Below the pieces are notes generated by a model. That model made no database searches, had not been told where the DNA came from, and worked only from the letters and a program-made list of their open reading frames with translations. DNA of 64,000 nucleotides from a bacterium (lineage in GTDB: Bacteria > Zhuqueibacterota > Zhuqueibacteria > Residuimicrobiales > Krinioviventaceae). The stretch is taken from NCBI GenBank assembly GCA_963674595.2, contig CAXXFV010000014.1, positions 1-64,000 on the forward strand, in the 5' to 3' direction. This document shows, in pieces, positions 53,309 to 63,533 of this stretch (position 1 is its first letter; every line of letters starts with the position of its first letter). The translations under genes were made by a program, and so were the position numbers.

Positions 53309-54168
53309 AATTATACAAAAGCCAATTTCTTAATCCGGAACCAGAATACACAAACATTGAAACAGCAAAAGTTGCTATAATCCCCTATCCTTATGAAGGG
53401 GGTGTTTCTTACGGGAAAGGTACGGAACAGGCACCGGATGCTGTTATTGAGGCATCACATTACCTGGAATTATACGATGAAGTACTGGATGCAGAACCAT
53501 ACAAAGTTGGGATTGCCACGATTGATCCTCAGGAAATTCCTGATAAATCGGAAGAAATGATCACTCATCTGTACCGTCTTACAAAAACGTTGATCCAACA
53601 AAATAAATTTATAGCCGTTATCGGAGGTGATCATTCCATCTCCAGCGGCTGTTTTAAAGCTTTCTTTGAAAAACACAAAACGATTTCAGTTATTCAGTTT
53701 GATGCTCATTCTGATTTGCGCGATGCTTATGAGGGCAGCAAGCTCAGCCATGCCAGTGTTATGGCACGTATTCGGGAAATGACACCTCATACGCTTCAAC
53801 TGGGTATTCGCAGTATGAGTATCGAAGAAGCAGAGGTTGTTAAAAAAGAAAATATCCAACTCTATACAATGCACAAGCTGCGTAAGGGTAATATTAACAT
53901 AAAACAGCTTCTCGACAATCTACCGGACCCGGTTTTTATTACATTTGATGTCGATGCCCTGGATTGGAGCATTGTATCAAGTACCGGAACGCCGGAACCG
54001 GGAGGTTTTTATTGGGATGAAGTTTTGGAAATTCTTGAATTAATATTTTCCACAAAAAATGTGATCGGATTTGACATTGTTGAATTGTCAGCCAACGATC
54101 CCAATTCTCCTTTTGCCGTGGCAAAACTATTATATAAAATGCTGGGATTCAAGTTCTCATTAAAATAA
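53305..54168 (+). CDS. speB: Agmatinase-like ureohydrolase
   Basis: GGDHS, DAHSD, DVDALD, TGTPEPGG. Confidence 0.92.
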   Translation: MKLYKSQFLNPEPEYTNIETAKVAIIPYPYEGGVSYGKGTEQAPDAVIEASHYLELYDEVLDAEPYKVGIATIDPQEIPDKSEEMITHLYRLTKTLIQQNKFIAVIGGDHSISSGCFKAFFEKHKTISVIQFDAHSDLRDAYEGSKLSHASVMARIREMTPHTLQLGIRSMSIEEAEVVKKENIQLYTMHKLRKGNINIKQLLDNLPDPVFITFDVDALDWSIVSSTGTPEPGGFYWDEVLEILELIFSTKNVIGFDIVELSANDPNSPFAVAKLLYKMLGFKFSLK

Positions 54169-54184
54169 TCCGATTATTTTTTGC

Positions 54185-54213
54185 TTGCTTAAAACAACTG
54201 GAAATTGTAATAT
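54185..54213 (+). promoter_or_regulatory. Putative sigma70 promoter
   Basis: TTGCTT-17 nt-TAATAT upstream of 54253. Confidence 0.5.
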
Positions 54214-54252
54214 ATTACTTAACAAGTTCTGATCACTAAACTCAAGACGAAT

Positions 54253-55434
54253 ATGAAAAAATCTCTGGACATCAAGATCGAGCGAATTCACGCTGACCAT
54301 AGTTGTAAAGATTTTATGCTGGCAGACGCCAAAGATGCGGATATGGCATTTGGCATTGCGGCTCCGGGTAAAAGCCCCGAACATCATGCACAGGAAGGGA
54401 AATTTCGCACATTAGCAGAATACCGCGATATTATCCGACAGGTTATTAATCAGGCCCAGGTTGATATTGTTCTCATGTCTGCAAGCACAAGTGAAATATT
54501 GACCATTGAAGAAGGTCTGTTTACAAACAGTCCGGTTACACCGGCGGCTCGCGCCAATGATACCACTGACGTTCATGTCATTACCGGCGGTAAATACATC
54601 AGCCAACCAACCCAACCCTTTCGTTCGGCAACCATCGACCACATGCAGTGCGGCAAATACGAATGTACGCCGGAAGAACGTAAACTGGGCGCCAACCTCG
54701 GACTTTATTCGGTAACCTATAACAACAACCTGGAACTCGACCTTTTAACATTAGAAAGATTCCACGAGTTTCGCCTTGAAGCAGAAAAAAAAGGCTTTCG
54801 TTATTTTCTTGAAGTTTTTAACCCAAATGTGCCTGAAGCAGTTGACCCGGAAAAACTGGGACAATTTATAAATGATCATATTGTAAGGGATTTAGCCGGT
54901 GTTACCAAAGCCGGGCGTCCTCTCTTTCTCAAAGTTGTTTACCAGGGACCAAAATTTATGGAACAACTGGCAACCTATGATCCGGATTTGATCCCGGGAA
55001 TCCTGGGCGGTTCCTCAGGAACGACCTATGATGCATTTAAAATGCTTCAAGATGCTAAAAAATACGGAGCGCGTATCGCCCTTTACGGACGCAAGATCAA
55101 CCATTCCGAGCATCAGTTGGCGTTTATTTCATTTTTACGTTTAATAGCAGATGGTGATATAGCAGCCGAAGAAGCGGTGAAAGCCTATCACAGCGTTCTG
55201 GAAAAACTTGGAATCCGTCCCTATCGAACACTGGAAGAGGACATGCAGGTTACAAATCAGGCTGTTTCCTATGGCGGCAGCGGCGGTACGGTTTCCGTTC
55301 CGGCAGCTATCAGCAAAAAGCCAAGCACCAACGGCCTTCCTCAAACACAATCGTCCGAACCTGATTTCAGCAAGATGACCCCAAAAGAAAAAATCGAATA
55401 TAACCGAAAAAAATGGTCAAATATTTTAGGATAG
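54253..55434 (+). CDS. Uncharacterised TIM-barrel protein, class I aldolase-like
   Basis: FLEVF, PLFLK (putative Schiff-base Lys), GILGG, YGRKI pattern. Confidence 0.6.
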   Translation: MKKSLDIKIERIHADHSCKDFMLADAKDADMAFGIAAPGKSPEHHAQEGKFRTLAEYRDIIRQVINQAQVDIVLMSASTSEILTIEEGLFTNSPVTPAARANDTTDVHVITGGKYISQPTQPFRSATIDHMQCGKYECTPEERKLGANLGLYSVTYNNNLELDLLTLERFHEFRLEAEKKGFRYFLEVFNPNVPEAVDPEKLGQFINDHIVRDLAGVTKAGRPLFLKVVYQGPKFMEQLATYDPDLIPGILGGSSGTTYDAFKMLQDAKKYGARIALYGRKINHSEHQLAFISFLRLIADGDIAAEEAVKAYHSVLEKLGIRPYRTLEEDMQVTNQAVSYGGSGGTVSVPAAISKKPSTNGLPQTQSSEPDFSKMTPKEKIEYNRKKWSNILG

Positions 55435-55464
55435 AAAAAAAGGCGTTTTAAAAACGCCTTTTTT
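55435..55464. terminator. Bidirectional terminator
   Basis: AAAAAAAGGCGTTTT-A-AAAACGCCTTTTTT between convergent stop codons. Confidence 0.85.
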
Positions 55465-55465
55465 G

Positions 55466-57892
55466 TTATTCAGCAAATTTTAAATATCCAAACCGCCAGG
55501 GTAAATGAAAAGCAATCCGTTCGGTTTTGTGCCAGGCATAGTGGTCACGTTGTCCTTTAACCGGCGTATCAATTCTGTAAAAATTTGCCCGCCAAACATC
55601 TCCCGGCAATGGCGGCGTATTCGGAGCGCCATATAACTGATCAAAGGGAATTGCATATTCCACAGTATATCCTTTTGCCCCGCCCTTAACATCCGGTTGT
55701 CCGTCAATATATACTTTTGTTTGCAATCCTTCTACCTGATAATCCGTGAGACCGGTAAAGGCATCATTAGGTCTTTCCGGCGTTCGGTTATTCAAAATAG
55801 AAGCCGTAAAACGTACGTTTTTCGGACTGACATTTATCTCATAATATTGATGGGCACAACTTGCCGGGTTCAGGAACACTTCAACACACTCTTCATCCCA
55901 AATCGGCCCGTCTTCTTCTGTTACCGTTCCCCATACATAATCGTCTTCACATTGAAAAGCGACAAATAAATATTTATCATTATACAATGCCTTTACGGAC
56001 GTGTTGAATGTTCCCGGTTTACCGGTGACGGCATCCTCAAGTATCATTGTCTCTGCTTTTTCCCAAAGCGGATCGTCCATTTTCCCGGAAAGAACAACAT
56101 CACGGTCTACTTTTTGACAAATATATTCCGGAATTAATAATGCTTTTTCTTCTGTACTCATATCCAACACCAATCCTTTATCTTTATACTGAATAAATAA
56201 TTTCTGACTGTTTATTTCTGATTTTAAAAAGGGTCCGTTAAACAATTTATAATCTGCAAAATTGATATTTTTGCCATTCAGCTTGCGGACGCCATCCACT
56301 GAAAACACCATCACATTACCGGAAGAAGTCGTATAGGCAACCATACCGGTTTGATCATAGGTATCAATTGCCAGACTGTTTTTACGAACCTGCTTTTTAA
56401 ATGTTTCAAAGGACTGATAGTCGCTTTGGTTCGCGACTTCAACAATACAACCATTACGGCCATCCGAACTTTGAAGACGATAATGATCGTTTTCATCAAT
56501 CCATTGATAGGGTTTTAACGGATAATAGGCAATAAAGATTTTTTCGACCTGACAAAAAATCCAACCCGACTCGTCCACTTGTCTTTTATCCATCTCCTTG
56601 GTAAAAAATCCGTCGATATGCTGAAATTTAACACCTTTAGGAATGTCATAAAGTACGATAATTGCATTTTCATGCTGAAAGGTTTGTTCATAAGGGGAAC
56701 TGGAACTCCATTTTTTCTCACTTCCATAATAGGTATGAAATCGGGCAACCATATTGGTTGAGTATTTCATTTCTTCAGGGAAAAACATTCCCAGGTCTTT
56801 CTCGCCAATAAAAGGATGCACAGTAAACAAAACCGACTGGCTGTCCTTTGTAACCCAACTGACGTCCCATGTATGCTGCTGAATGGGCTGCAAAATACCG
56901 CCGCCCATCATAGAGCCTAATGCGTAATCCTCTGTCATATATGTATACTTGTAAACCGGGGGATTTTTTTCACTTCCAAGTCTGATAACATTTCGTACGC
57001 GTTTGGTTTCAGTGTGAACATAGGGTTTCGATCTGTCTGTGCCGATATAATACAAAATTTCCGGAATGACAAAGTCGCTCAACGCTGCGGATACCAATGT
57101 GGCATTGAACAGGGGTTCTGTCTGTCCGAAAAAGAGCCAACCCCATCCTGACATCAAAGATTCCGGCTCCAGCCGGTTGGTCAAGCGGTCCGGATATTCA
57201 CGGCTATGCGCACCTACATATTGACCCTTGAGGTGCTCCACAGCATAATCGGCAATCAACCAGTGCAGCATTAATCCGGCCTTCTCTTTCATAACCGGGT
57301 CTTTAGCATGTTGATAAAGACCAAACAAGGGTGACAACATAACGGCTGTATAGGTCGGCGAATCAAACTCACCTTGTCCGATGGAGGTTGTTATGTCCAT
57401 CCATTCAAGCAGCCACTGTTCTGCTTCTTTTTGATTTTCAGCAGAAGACTTGCCGGTGTACCATTTTTCAGGACCAAGATCGGGAAAGGTTTGTGCGGCC
57501 AGGTACAATCCAATGTAATACATACAAAAATGGTTTTCAGTATCACCACGGAAAAAATCTGCCCGCGCCATATAGTCCTGTATTTGTTTTTTAAATTTAG
57601 CAGGCAGTTCGTTTTCAACAGCCAGATAGGATGTCATAAGAGAATATATAGTAAACATACCGGCTGGTGCGGTATCATAACGATTAAAAACCCTGGTAAA
57701 ATGCTGCAAGCCCTGTTTTTTATGACCACTTTTAATTTTCGCCGCCGCCATAAAAAAATCCAAACTTGAAGAAGAATCCGCCCAGGCCAAAACCTGTTTT
57801 ACACGGTTTTTATAATCCTGTTCAATGGATTGTGCCGGTAGATTTTGAACAGAAAAAAGCAACAAGCCACAAAATATAATAATCTTTTTCAT
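55466..57892 (-). CDS. Secreted protein: uncharacterised helical/beta catalytic-like region plus C-terminal CBM9-like sugar-binding domain
   Basis: Signal peptide; GDTENH, GEFDSPTY; C-terminal GKMDDPLW, ECVEVFL, YYEINVSP, EYAIPF, WRANFYR. Confidence 0.7.
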   Translation of the reverse strand: MKKIIIFCGLLLFSVQNLPAQSIEQDYKNRVKQVLAWADSSSSLDFFMAAAKIKSGHKKQGLQHFTRVFNRYDTAPAGMFTIYSLMTSYLAVENELPAKFKKQIQDYMARADFFRGDTENHFCMYYIGLYLAAQTFPDLGPEKWYTGKSSAENQKEAEQWLLEWMDITTSIGQGEFDSPTYTAVMLSPLFGLYQHAKDPVMKEKAGLMLHWLIADYAVEHLKGQYVGAHSREYPDRLTNRLEPESLMSGWGWLFFGQTEPLFNATLVSAALSDFVIPEILYYIGTDRSKPYVHTETKRVRNVIRLGSEKNPPVYKYTYMTEDYALGSMMGGGILQPIQQHTWDVSWVTKDSQSVLFTVHPFIGEKDLGMFFPEEMKYSTNMVARFHTYYGSEKKWSSSSPYEQTFQHENAIIVLYDIPKGVKFQHIDGFFTKEMDKRQVDESGWIFCQVEKIFIAYYPLKPYQWIDENDHYRLQSSDGRNGCIVEVANQSDYQSFETFKKQVRKNSLAIDTYDQTGMVAYTTSSGNVMVFSVDGVRKLNGKNINFADYKLFNGPFLKSEINSQKLFIQYKDKGLVLDMSTEEKALLIPEYICQKVDRDVVLSGKMDDPLWEKAETMILEDAVTGKPGTFNTSVKALYNDKYLFVAFQCEDDYVWGTVTEEDGPIWDEECVEVFLNPASCAHQYYEINVSPKNVRFTASILNNRTPERPNDAFTGLTDYQVEGLQTKVYIDGQPDVKGGAKGYTVEYAIPFDQLYGAPNTPPLPGDVWRANFYRIDTPVKGQRDHYAWHKTERIAFHLPWRFGYLKFAE

Positions 57893-57911
57893 TATAATCT
57901 TTCCTTGATAT

Positions 57912-58914
57912 CTATTCATAAACAATGTCCCATACTTCACAGGTCTCAAGCCCGATAAAACGCCAGGATTTTCCGGCATTCTGTGTCATCCAAACTCCAT
58001 CCCCAAGGGTCCCGGCATAGATTGTATTTTTATCGGACGGGTCCACAAGCAATGAATGAATTTCCAAATTAGTCAAACCGTTATTCACAGGCATCCATTC
58101 CTGCCCACAATTCAAACTTGCATAAACTCCGCCTTCATAGGTACCGGCATAGATAATATTTTCATCCTGCGGTGAAAAAGCAAGGGCGTAAACAGTCTTG
58201 TGTTTCAATCCATTATTTCTCTTTTCCCATGTTTTTCCGTGATTTTGAGAAATAAACACGCCATCATCTTCGGTTGCCGCCGCAAATAAATCGGTTTTAA
58301 CAGGATGCTGAATTAAACGACGGATGCCGAGTCCAAGAAGTGCGATGGGTTCCCACAGGTCTCCCCCATTGTTACTTTTATGAATACCGGATTCTGTCGC
58401 GCAGAATAAAACATCTGGATCGGACTTGTCAAAAAAAACAACCGGTGTAAACGTAGATGTCAATCCCTTGTTTTTCTCTTTCCAATCTTTGCCGCCGTTA
58501 ACAGTTTTAAAAATCCCATAAGATATGGCGGCATAAACCGTATTTACATCTCGCGGATCAATGGCCGTGTACAGACACTCGGTCATGTCCGAACCTGTGG
58601 AAATGATCCAATCTTTACCGCTATTTTCAGATTTTAAAATACCGTTCCCGGCAGACAGGTAAAAAATTCGATCAGAATTAACCTTGACTGTAGAGACTGA
58701 AAAACCCTTGGTAAACAACCAGCCGTAATGGTTCCAGTTTTTTCCGCGATCATTCGTGGAAAACAAACCCAACTGTAGAAAATTTATGGTTGCCGATTTT
58801 ATAATTTTTTGAGGCTCTGACAACAGCATATATATTTTTTTCACCGGCATGGCCAGGATGATTCATTATAAAAAGCAACATTATAGGGAAGATTATTTTA
58901 TTAATTCGAAACAC
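57912..58914 (-). CDS. Secreted BNR/VPS10-like beta-propeller; apparent +1 frameshift near 58769
   Basis: About seven SxNxGxxW repeats. An upstream frame (GGGAG RBS, GTG start at 58914) encodes the signal peptide and joins the ORF if one G of GTTGGGTTTG is removed. Confidence 0.75.
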
Positions 58915-58941
58915 ATGAAACTCCCGTTGTTTAAGTTAAGC

Positions 58942-60259
58942 TTAATTATTACTCTCTTTAAAACATATCTGTAATTCTTTTAATTTAGCAAGAACAGGTA
59001 TAAAAATCACATCAAGAATAGGAATGTGTACACCGGTGATGGAGATTGCTTTCTGCGCAATTAAATGAACGGCCGTAGCTGCGGGTAGTCCGACCGTACG
59101 CGCCATGGCCGAGTCTCCTCCTGGTTCACCATATTCAACTAGACAGGAACAAATGTGTTGTTGCCGGTTATTGTCCCATTTTACGGTGAACTCGTGTTGT
59201 AGTACAATCATGTCCTGTTCGTTTGGCTCATACTTCATGATAGATTGCATCTGTTCAACAAGCGCATCCAAAGGTGAAGAAACAGGGGTCTTTTATGGCG
59301 TTATTTGATAAAAGTCCCAGCCATTCCATTCGTTTGATGACATCAGATTCCGGCTCAAGTTTAAGAAAATCCGCCAATAAATCAACATTAAACTTTTCAA
59401 CATCAACATTCATTAATACGGCTGTCAATTCCAAAAATGTTGCCGGGTGTTGATGAGGAAAATTTTCTTTTAAATAACCGAGAGCAGCTAAAGCATCAAT
59501 CGTATCACACCAGCCCGGATAACGAAAGGTACCGCGGAAAAAAGTACGGGTATCTTTTAATCCGTACAAATCACGATATTTGAGGGAATCACGATTGGGA
59601 TAAACCTCCAGATCACCAATGGTGTCAACATTTTTCATCCAATAATGTTTAAACAATTGCTCACCGTGAACATGTTTTTCCCCTCCGTCTTTGAGATATA
59701 CAGCCGGCTGCCGTGCCGCTAACAAGACTCCTCTCGGACTCCAGGAAAATTTATATCCCATCGGATTGTTATTGTCTTTTGGGCTTGGCAGGCCACCGCA
59801 ACTGCTTTCAAATCCGATGATGGTGCCGCCTTTGGCGTGAACATCGGAAATAATTTTCATTGCGGACATGTGGTCCAAACCGGGATCAAGCCCAACTTCA
59901 TTCAAAAACAAAACACCGGCATTTTTGGCCTCAGCATCAAGCGCCTTCATTTCAGGACTCACATAAGAGGTCGTAACAAGATGGACTTTGAATTTTAAAC
60001 ACACCCTGGCAATTACCACATGAAATGATGCCGGCAACAAACTGACGGCTATATCCGCATTTTTTACGGCTGCTTCCAGTTCACTTGTGTTATTCACATT
60101 CAGCCCGGCAGACGAACAATTCTGCAATCCCCGAATAACGGTGTTCGCCTTAACTAAATCCTGATCATATACTAATAGCTCATATTCATTTTGTTGTGCC
60201 AGATATTTCACCAAAGGACGGGAAACAAATCCGGCCCCGAAAACCGCAATTTTTTTCAT
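58942..60259 (-). CDS. Saccharopine dehydrogenase (glutamate-forming type); apparent +1 frameshift near 59287
   Basis: GAGFVS, NEVGLDPGLDHM, YKFSWSPRG and YPNRDS in the first part; SAMARTVGLP in the second part. Confidence 0.88.
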
Positions 60260-60271
60260 AACAAATTCCGA

Positions 60272-61574
60272 TTATTCCAAATATTTTGACATGTATTGAT
60301 AATCCGGTGTTAATTGACCGTTTTTTACAATCATGGCCTTTTTAATTTCCTGTGAAAGTTTTAATTTTTCCATTGGCTGTGAAAAATCCGCTTCCACAAG
60401 TTCAGGAACATACTGCCATAAAGTTTCACTAAAAGTACGCGAGGCGTCGCGCGGCAACTCTGCCGGCAGATTATCGACGGCCATAATCACAACACCTTCT
60501 CCCTGCACACCATCAATAATTTTGTTTTTCAATGCATTGTAAACAAAAGCAGGTTTATCAGGTGTCGTAACTTTTTCCGTACATTCGATGGCGCCGTTAA
60601 TATCACAGCTTATATCACCTATCACCAGCAATTTCAATTTTTCAGCAGACTGTTGTTTTTTTAAAAAAGATTTTGTAACCAATCGGGGATACTTTTCCTC
60701 CCAGTAAATCCCATTTATTAAAATAGTAAGATAAGGAAGAAACTCTGTAAAACGCGGTTGATATGCTTCCGGATAGGTATAATATTCATCTAAATCAAAA
60801 GCATGGCCCCGATGTTTCGGTTTGACCATATGTTCTTCTTTAAAAATAACTTTATAAAAATGGTTTTCATAACTGCTTTCCAAATCAGGTAATTCTTCAG
60901 GGCTGATGTGAATATGCGGTAAAAGATTAAAAATCTCCTGAGAGCCGGTGGAAACACGACCATAACCGGTAAAACCAAAAACATAGGGAGCAAATCGTTT
61001 GGGCAAGCCATACTGCAATACTTTTTTACCCACAGCATGAATGTGTTCCATAGCATCATCAAGACAACGGTATTGATAGGCCGAACGCAGGGCCGATAAC
61101 GAGTGAGTCAAATCCCATAACCTTCATACGCTGCCCCAGTAGCGCCAGCGTATCAATCATTCCGGCCAAACCGGCATATCTTCCAAAAAACACAAGTCTG
61201 GCACCCAAAGAATTTTTTATACACTCATAATCGACAAGCGTACAATTTAAAGCCAGTATCTTTTTCAATAACGGCATGTTATAAGCCTGACCCTTAATTG
61301 TGTGCGAGAAAAATAAATATGTTTTTTGAGGAAATAATAAATCAACTGGTATTTCTTTAACGGCGAGTATTACCGGGCATTCATTTAAATTTTCACTGAT
61401 TTTTGCACCGGCTTCCAGATATTCCTGGTCTGTATAGGCCCTGTTGGGAAACGGCTGCACAATGGTCTCAATTCCGTATTCGGATTTTAAATATTCGACA
61501 TGTTTCGGAATAATGGGGACTCGGCGCTCCCATTCATTTTTATCTTCACGCCGGATACCAATCAACTTTGCCAT
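60272..61574 (-). CDS. Lysine-ketoglutarate reductase-like protein (AlaDH/PNT fold); apparent +1 frameshift near 61102
   Basis: RREDKNEWERR, FSHTIKGQ and FGRYAG, then GYGRVS, DISCD and MAVDNLPAELP. Confidence 0.88.
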
Positions 61575-61705
61575 ATCACTTCCTCGGAATAAACACAGTT
61601 GAATTTCTGGGTTAAAAAACCGGATTGTAACCTAAATAAAAATCGCTATAAAGTCAATTGAAAATTAATTCACACATTATTGTCCCATTAAAAAAATTTT
61701 GACTG

Positions 61706-62197
61706 TCATGGGGTTAAAATTTGCTTAATAATTTTTATACACTCTGCCGGACTGTCGGTATATTTTAGCAGCCCGTTTTCCACATATTCCTGAAATACCG
61801 GTCGAAGATCAAAATTAAGCAGCACAACCGGCTTGTTATTTTTCAAGGCCATGGCGACTTCGGTGATTGTGCCGGCTGATCCGGGACAGGCAATAACAAC
61901 ATCGCTGCTTAAAACATTAACAAGATTCCGGGCGTCTGACAAGTTGGTCACAATGGGTATATCAATAAACGGATTAGTGTCCTTTTTATTGCCTGTTGGT
62001 AAAATCCCAATGGTCAAACCGCCTTTTGATTTAGCGCCTTTTGCCGAGGCCCGCATCACACCGGCGTTTCGTCCGCCGTTTAACAGGGTCCAGCCGTTTT
62101 CAGCAATCAGAGCCCCTAATTCAAAGGCAAGCTGTTCGGTTTCGACAGAAACGTCAGCGCCGCCCATAACCCCGATGATAATTCGACGATTTTCCAT
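61706..62197 (-). CDS. LOG/SLOG-family Rossmann protein (TIGR00725-like)
   Basis: IGVMGG, GG..GVM.A..KGA, TIGILP, ARN, GSAGTITE. Confidence 0.85.
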   Translation of the reverse strand: MENRRIIIGVMGGADVSVETEQLAFELGALIAENGWTLLNGGRNAGVMRASAKGAKSKGGLTIGILPTGNKKDTNPFIDIPIVTNLSDARNLVNVLSSDVVIACPGSAGTITEVAMALKNNKPVVLLNFDLRPVFQEYVENGLLKYTDSPAECIKIIKQILTP

Positions 62198-62200
62198 TAT

Positions 62201-63258
62201 TTACCCCGTAATACTTTTGTTAGCATGTTTTGCGGCCAGTTGCCCGCAGGCAGCATCAATGTCGTCACCTTTGCTCCAGCGCACTGATACCGGCGCTTTT
62301 AATTCGTCACGGATCCATTGGGCAAATCGTTCAACACTTTCGGTATCCGGTCGTTTAAACGCATCTATAGATTCATTATAAGGGATGACATTTATTTTGC
62401 AGGGAATGTTTTTTCATTAAACGAATTATTTCCCGGGCTTCTTTATGGGTATCATTAATTCCGGCCAAAAGTACATATTCAAATGTTGGACGTAATTTTG
62501 ATTTTTGCACATATCGTTTTACTGCCTTTAGTAAAACATCAAGGTCCCACTTTTTCGTTATCGGCATAATTTTGCAGCGCTGTTCCTCAAAGGGAGAATT
62601 CAGTGAAATTGCTAATTTAAATTTGTGCTTCTCATCAGTGTATTGCAGCAGTCTGTCAACAACGCCGGCCGTAGATATAACAATATGCCGCGAACTGATC
62701 GCCAGACCGTCCATGTGGTTTATCAGATATGCCGCTTTTATGACATTATCATAATTCATAAAAGGTTCGCCCATCCCCATAAAGACCACATTTGTCAAAT
62801 CCTGCCCGGTATCTCTTGAAACAGCAGCAACCTGCTCAACAATTTCAGCAGGGCTCAAATTTCGCTTGAATCCCAACCGGGCTGTTGCACAAAAACGGCA
62901 GTTGAGAGCGCAACCCACTTGAGAAGAAATACACAAGGTCCTTCTGTCGTTTTCAGGGATAAATACGCTTTCGATTTTGTGCCCATCAGCCCAGTTCAAA
63001 CAAGTATTTTATGGCCCCTGAAACCGGGGATTCTTTCCGGTCAGCCATGTGTAAACAACTTATTTGTGCTGATTGAACAAGTTTTTCACGAAGCGATTTT
63101 GACAAACTGGTCATTTCTTCGAATGAAGCAGCCTTACGAACATATAACCAGTTAAAAAGCTGTCGGCCCCGAAACGGTTTTTCGCCAATATCCTGAAAAA
63201 AATCTTCCAGTTCCTTGACTGTAAGTCCTGTTAAAATTTTCTTTTCCATAATGGACAA
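62201..63258 (-). CDS. rlmN: 23S rRNA/tRNA m2A methyltransferase RlmN; two apparent +1 frameshifts (about 62991 and 62411)
   Basis: EKPFRGRQ, CISSQVGCALNCRFC, MGMGEP, FEYV; third frame carries INVIPYN and DIDAACGQL. Confidence 0.92.
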
Positions 63259-63533
63259 TGTAGGTATTTTTCACATGTTCGGCAAGCAGGAAAATCTTGA
63301 GCCAATGAAACAATACTTTTTTCACAAAAACAGAAAATATTGATCTAAATCAAAATTTGTGAAAGTAAAAATCCATATACTTAACTTACTGTATTATATT
63401 CAATCTAAAATCAACCAGGCTCTTTTTATTTGATAATTGGCCCAAAATCATTAAATTCTATTAACTTTTGAATCTTGCCAAAATATCAGATATGATATTT
63501 TTATCCATTATATTTACTATGAGAGGCATAACC

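Noticed and set aside
61575-61705. Lysine riboswitch upstream of the LKR gene
   Set aside because: Region is too short and lacks the consensus; only a promoter-like TTGACT-17-TAGGTT and an RBS.
61833-62381. 182-aa plus-strand ORF and the many other short overlapping ORFs in the track
   Set aside because: They are antisense or alternate-frame shadows of well-supported genes and have no motifs.
62201-63258. Programmed frameshifting or true pseudogene for rlmN
   Set aside because: No slippery heptamer with a stimulatory structure; the same +1 pattern occurs in neighbouring genes, which favours assembly error.
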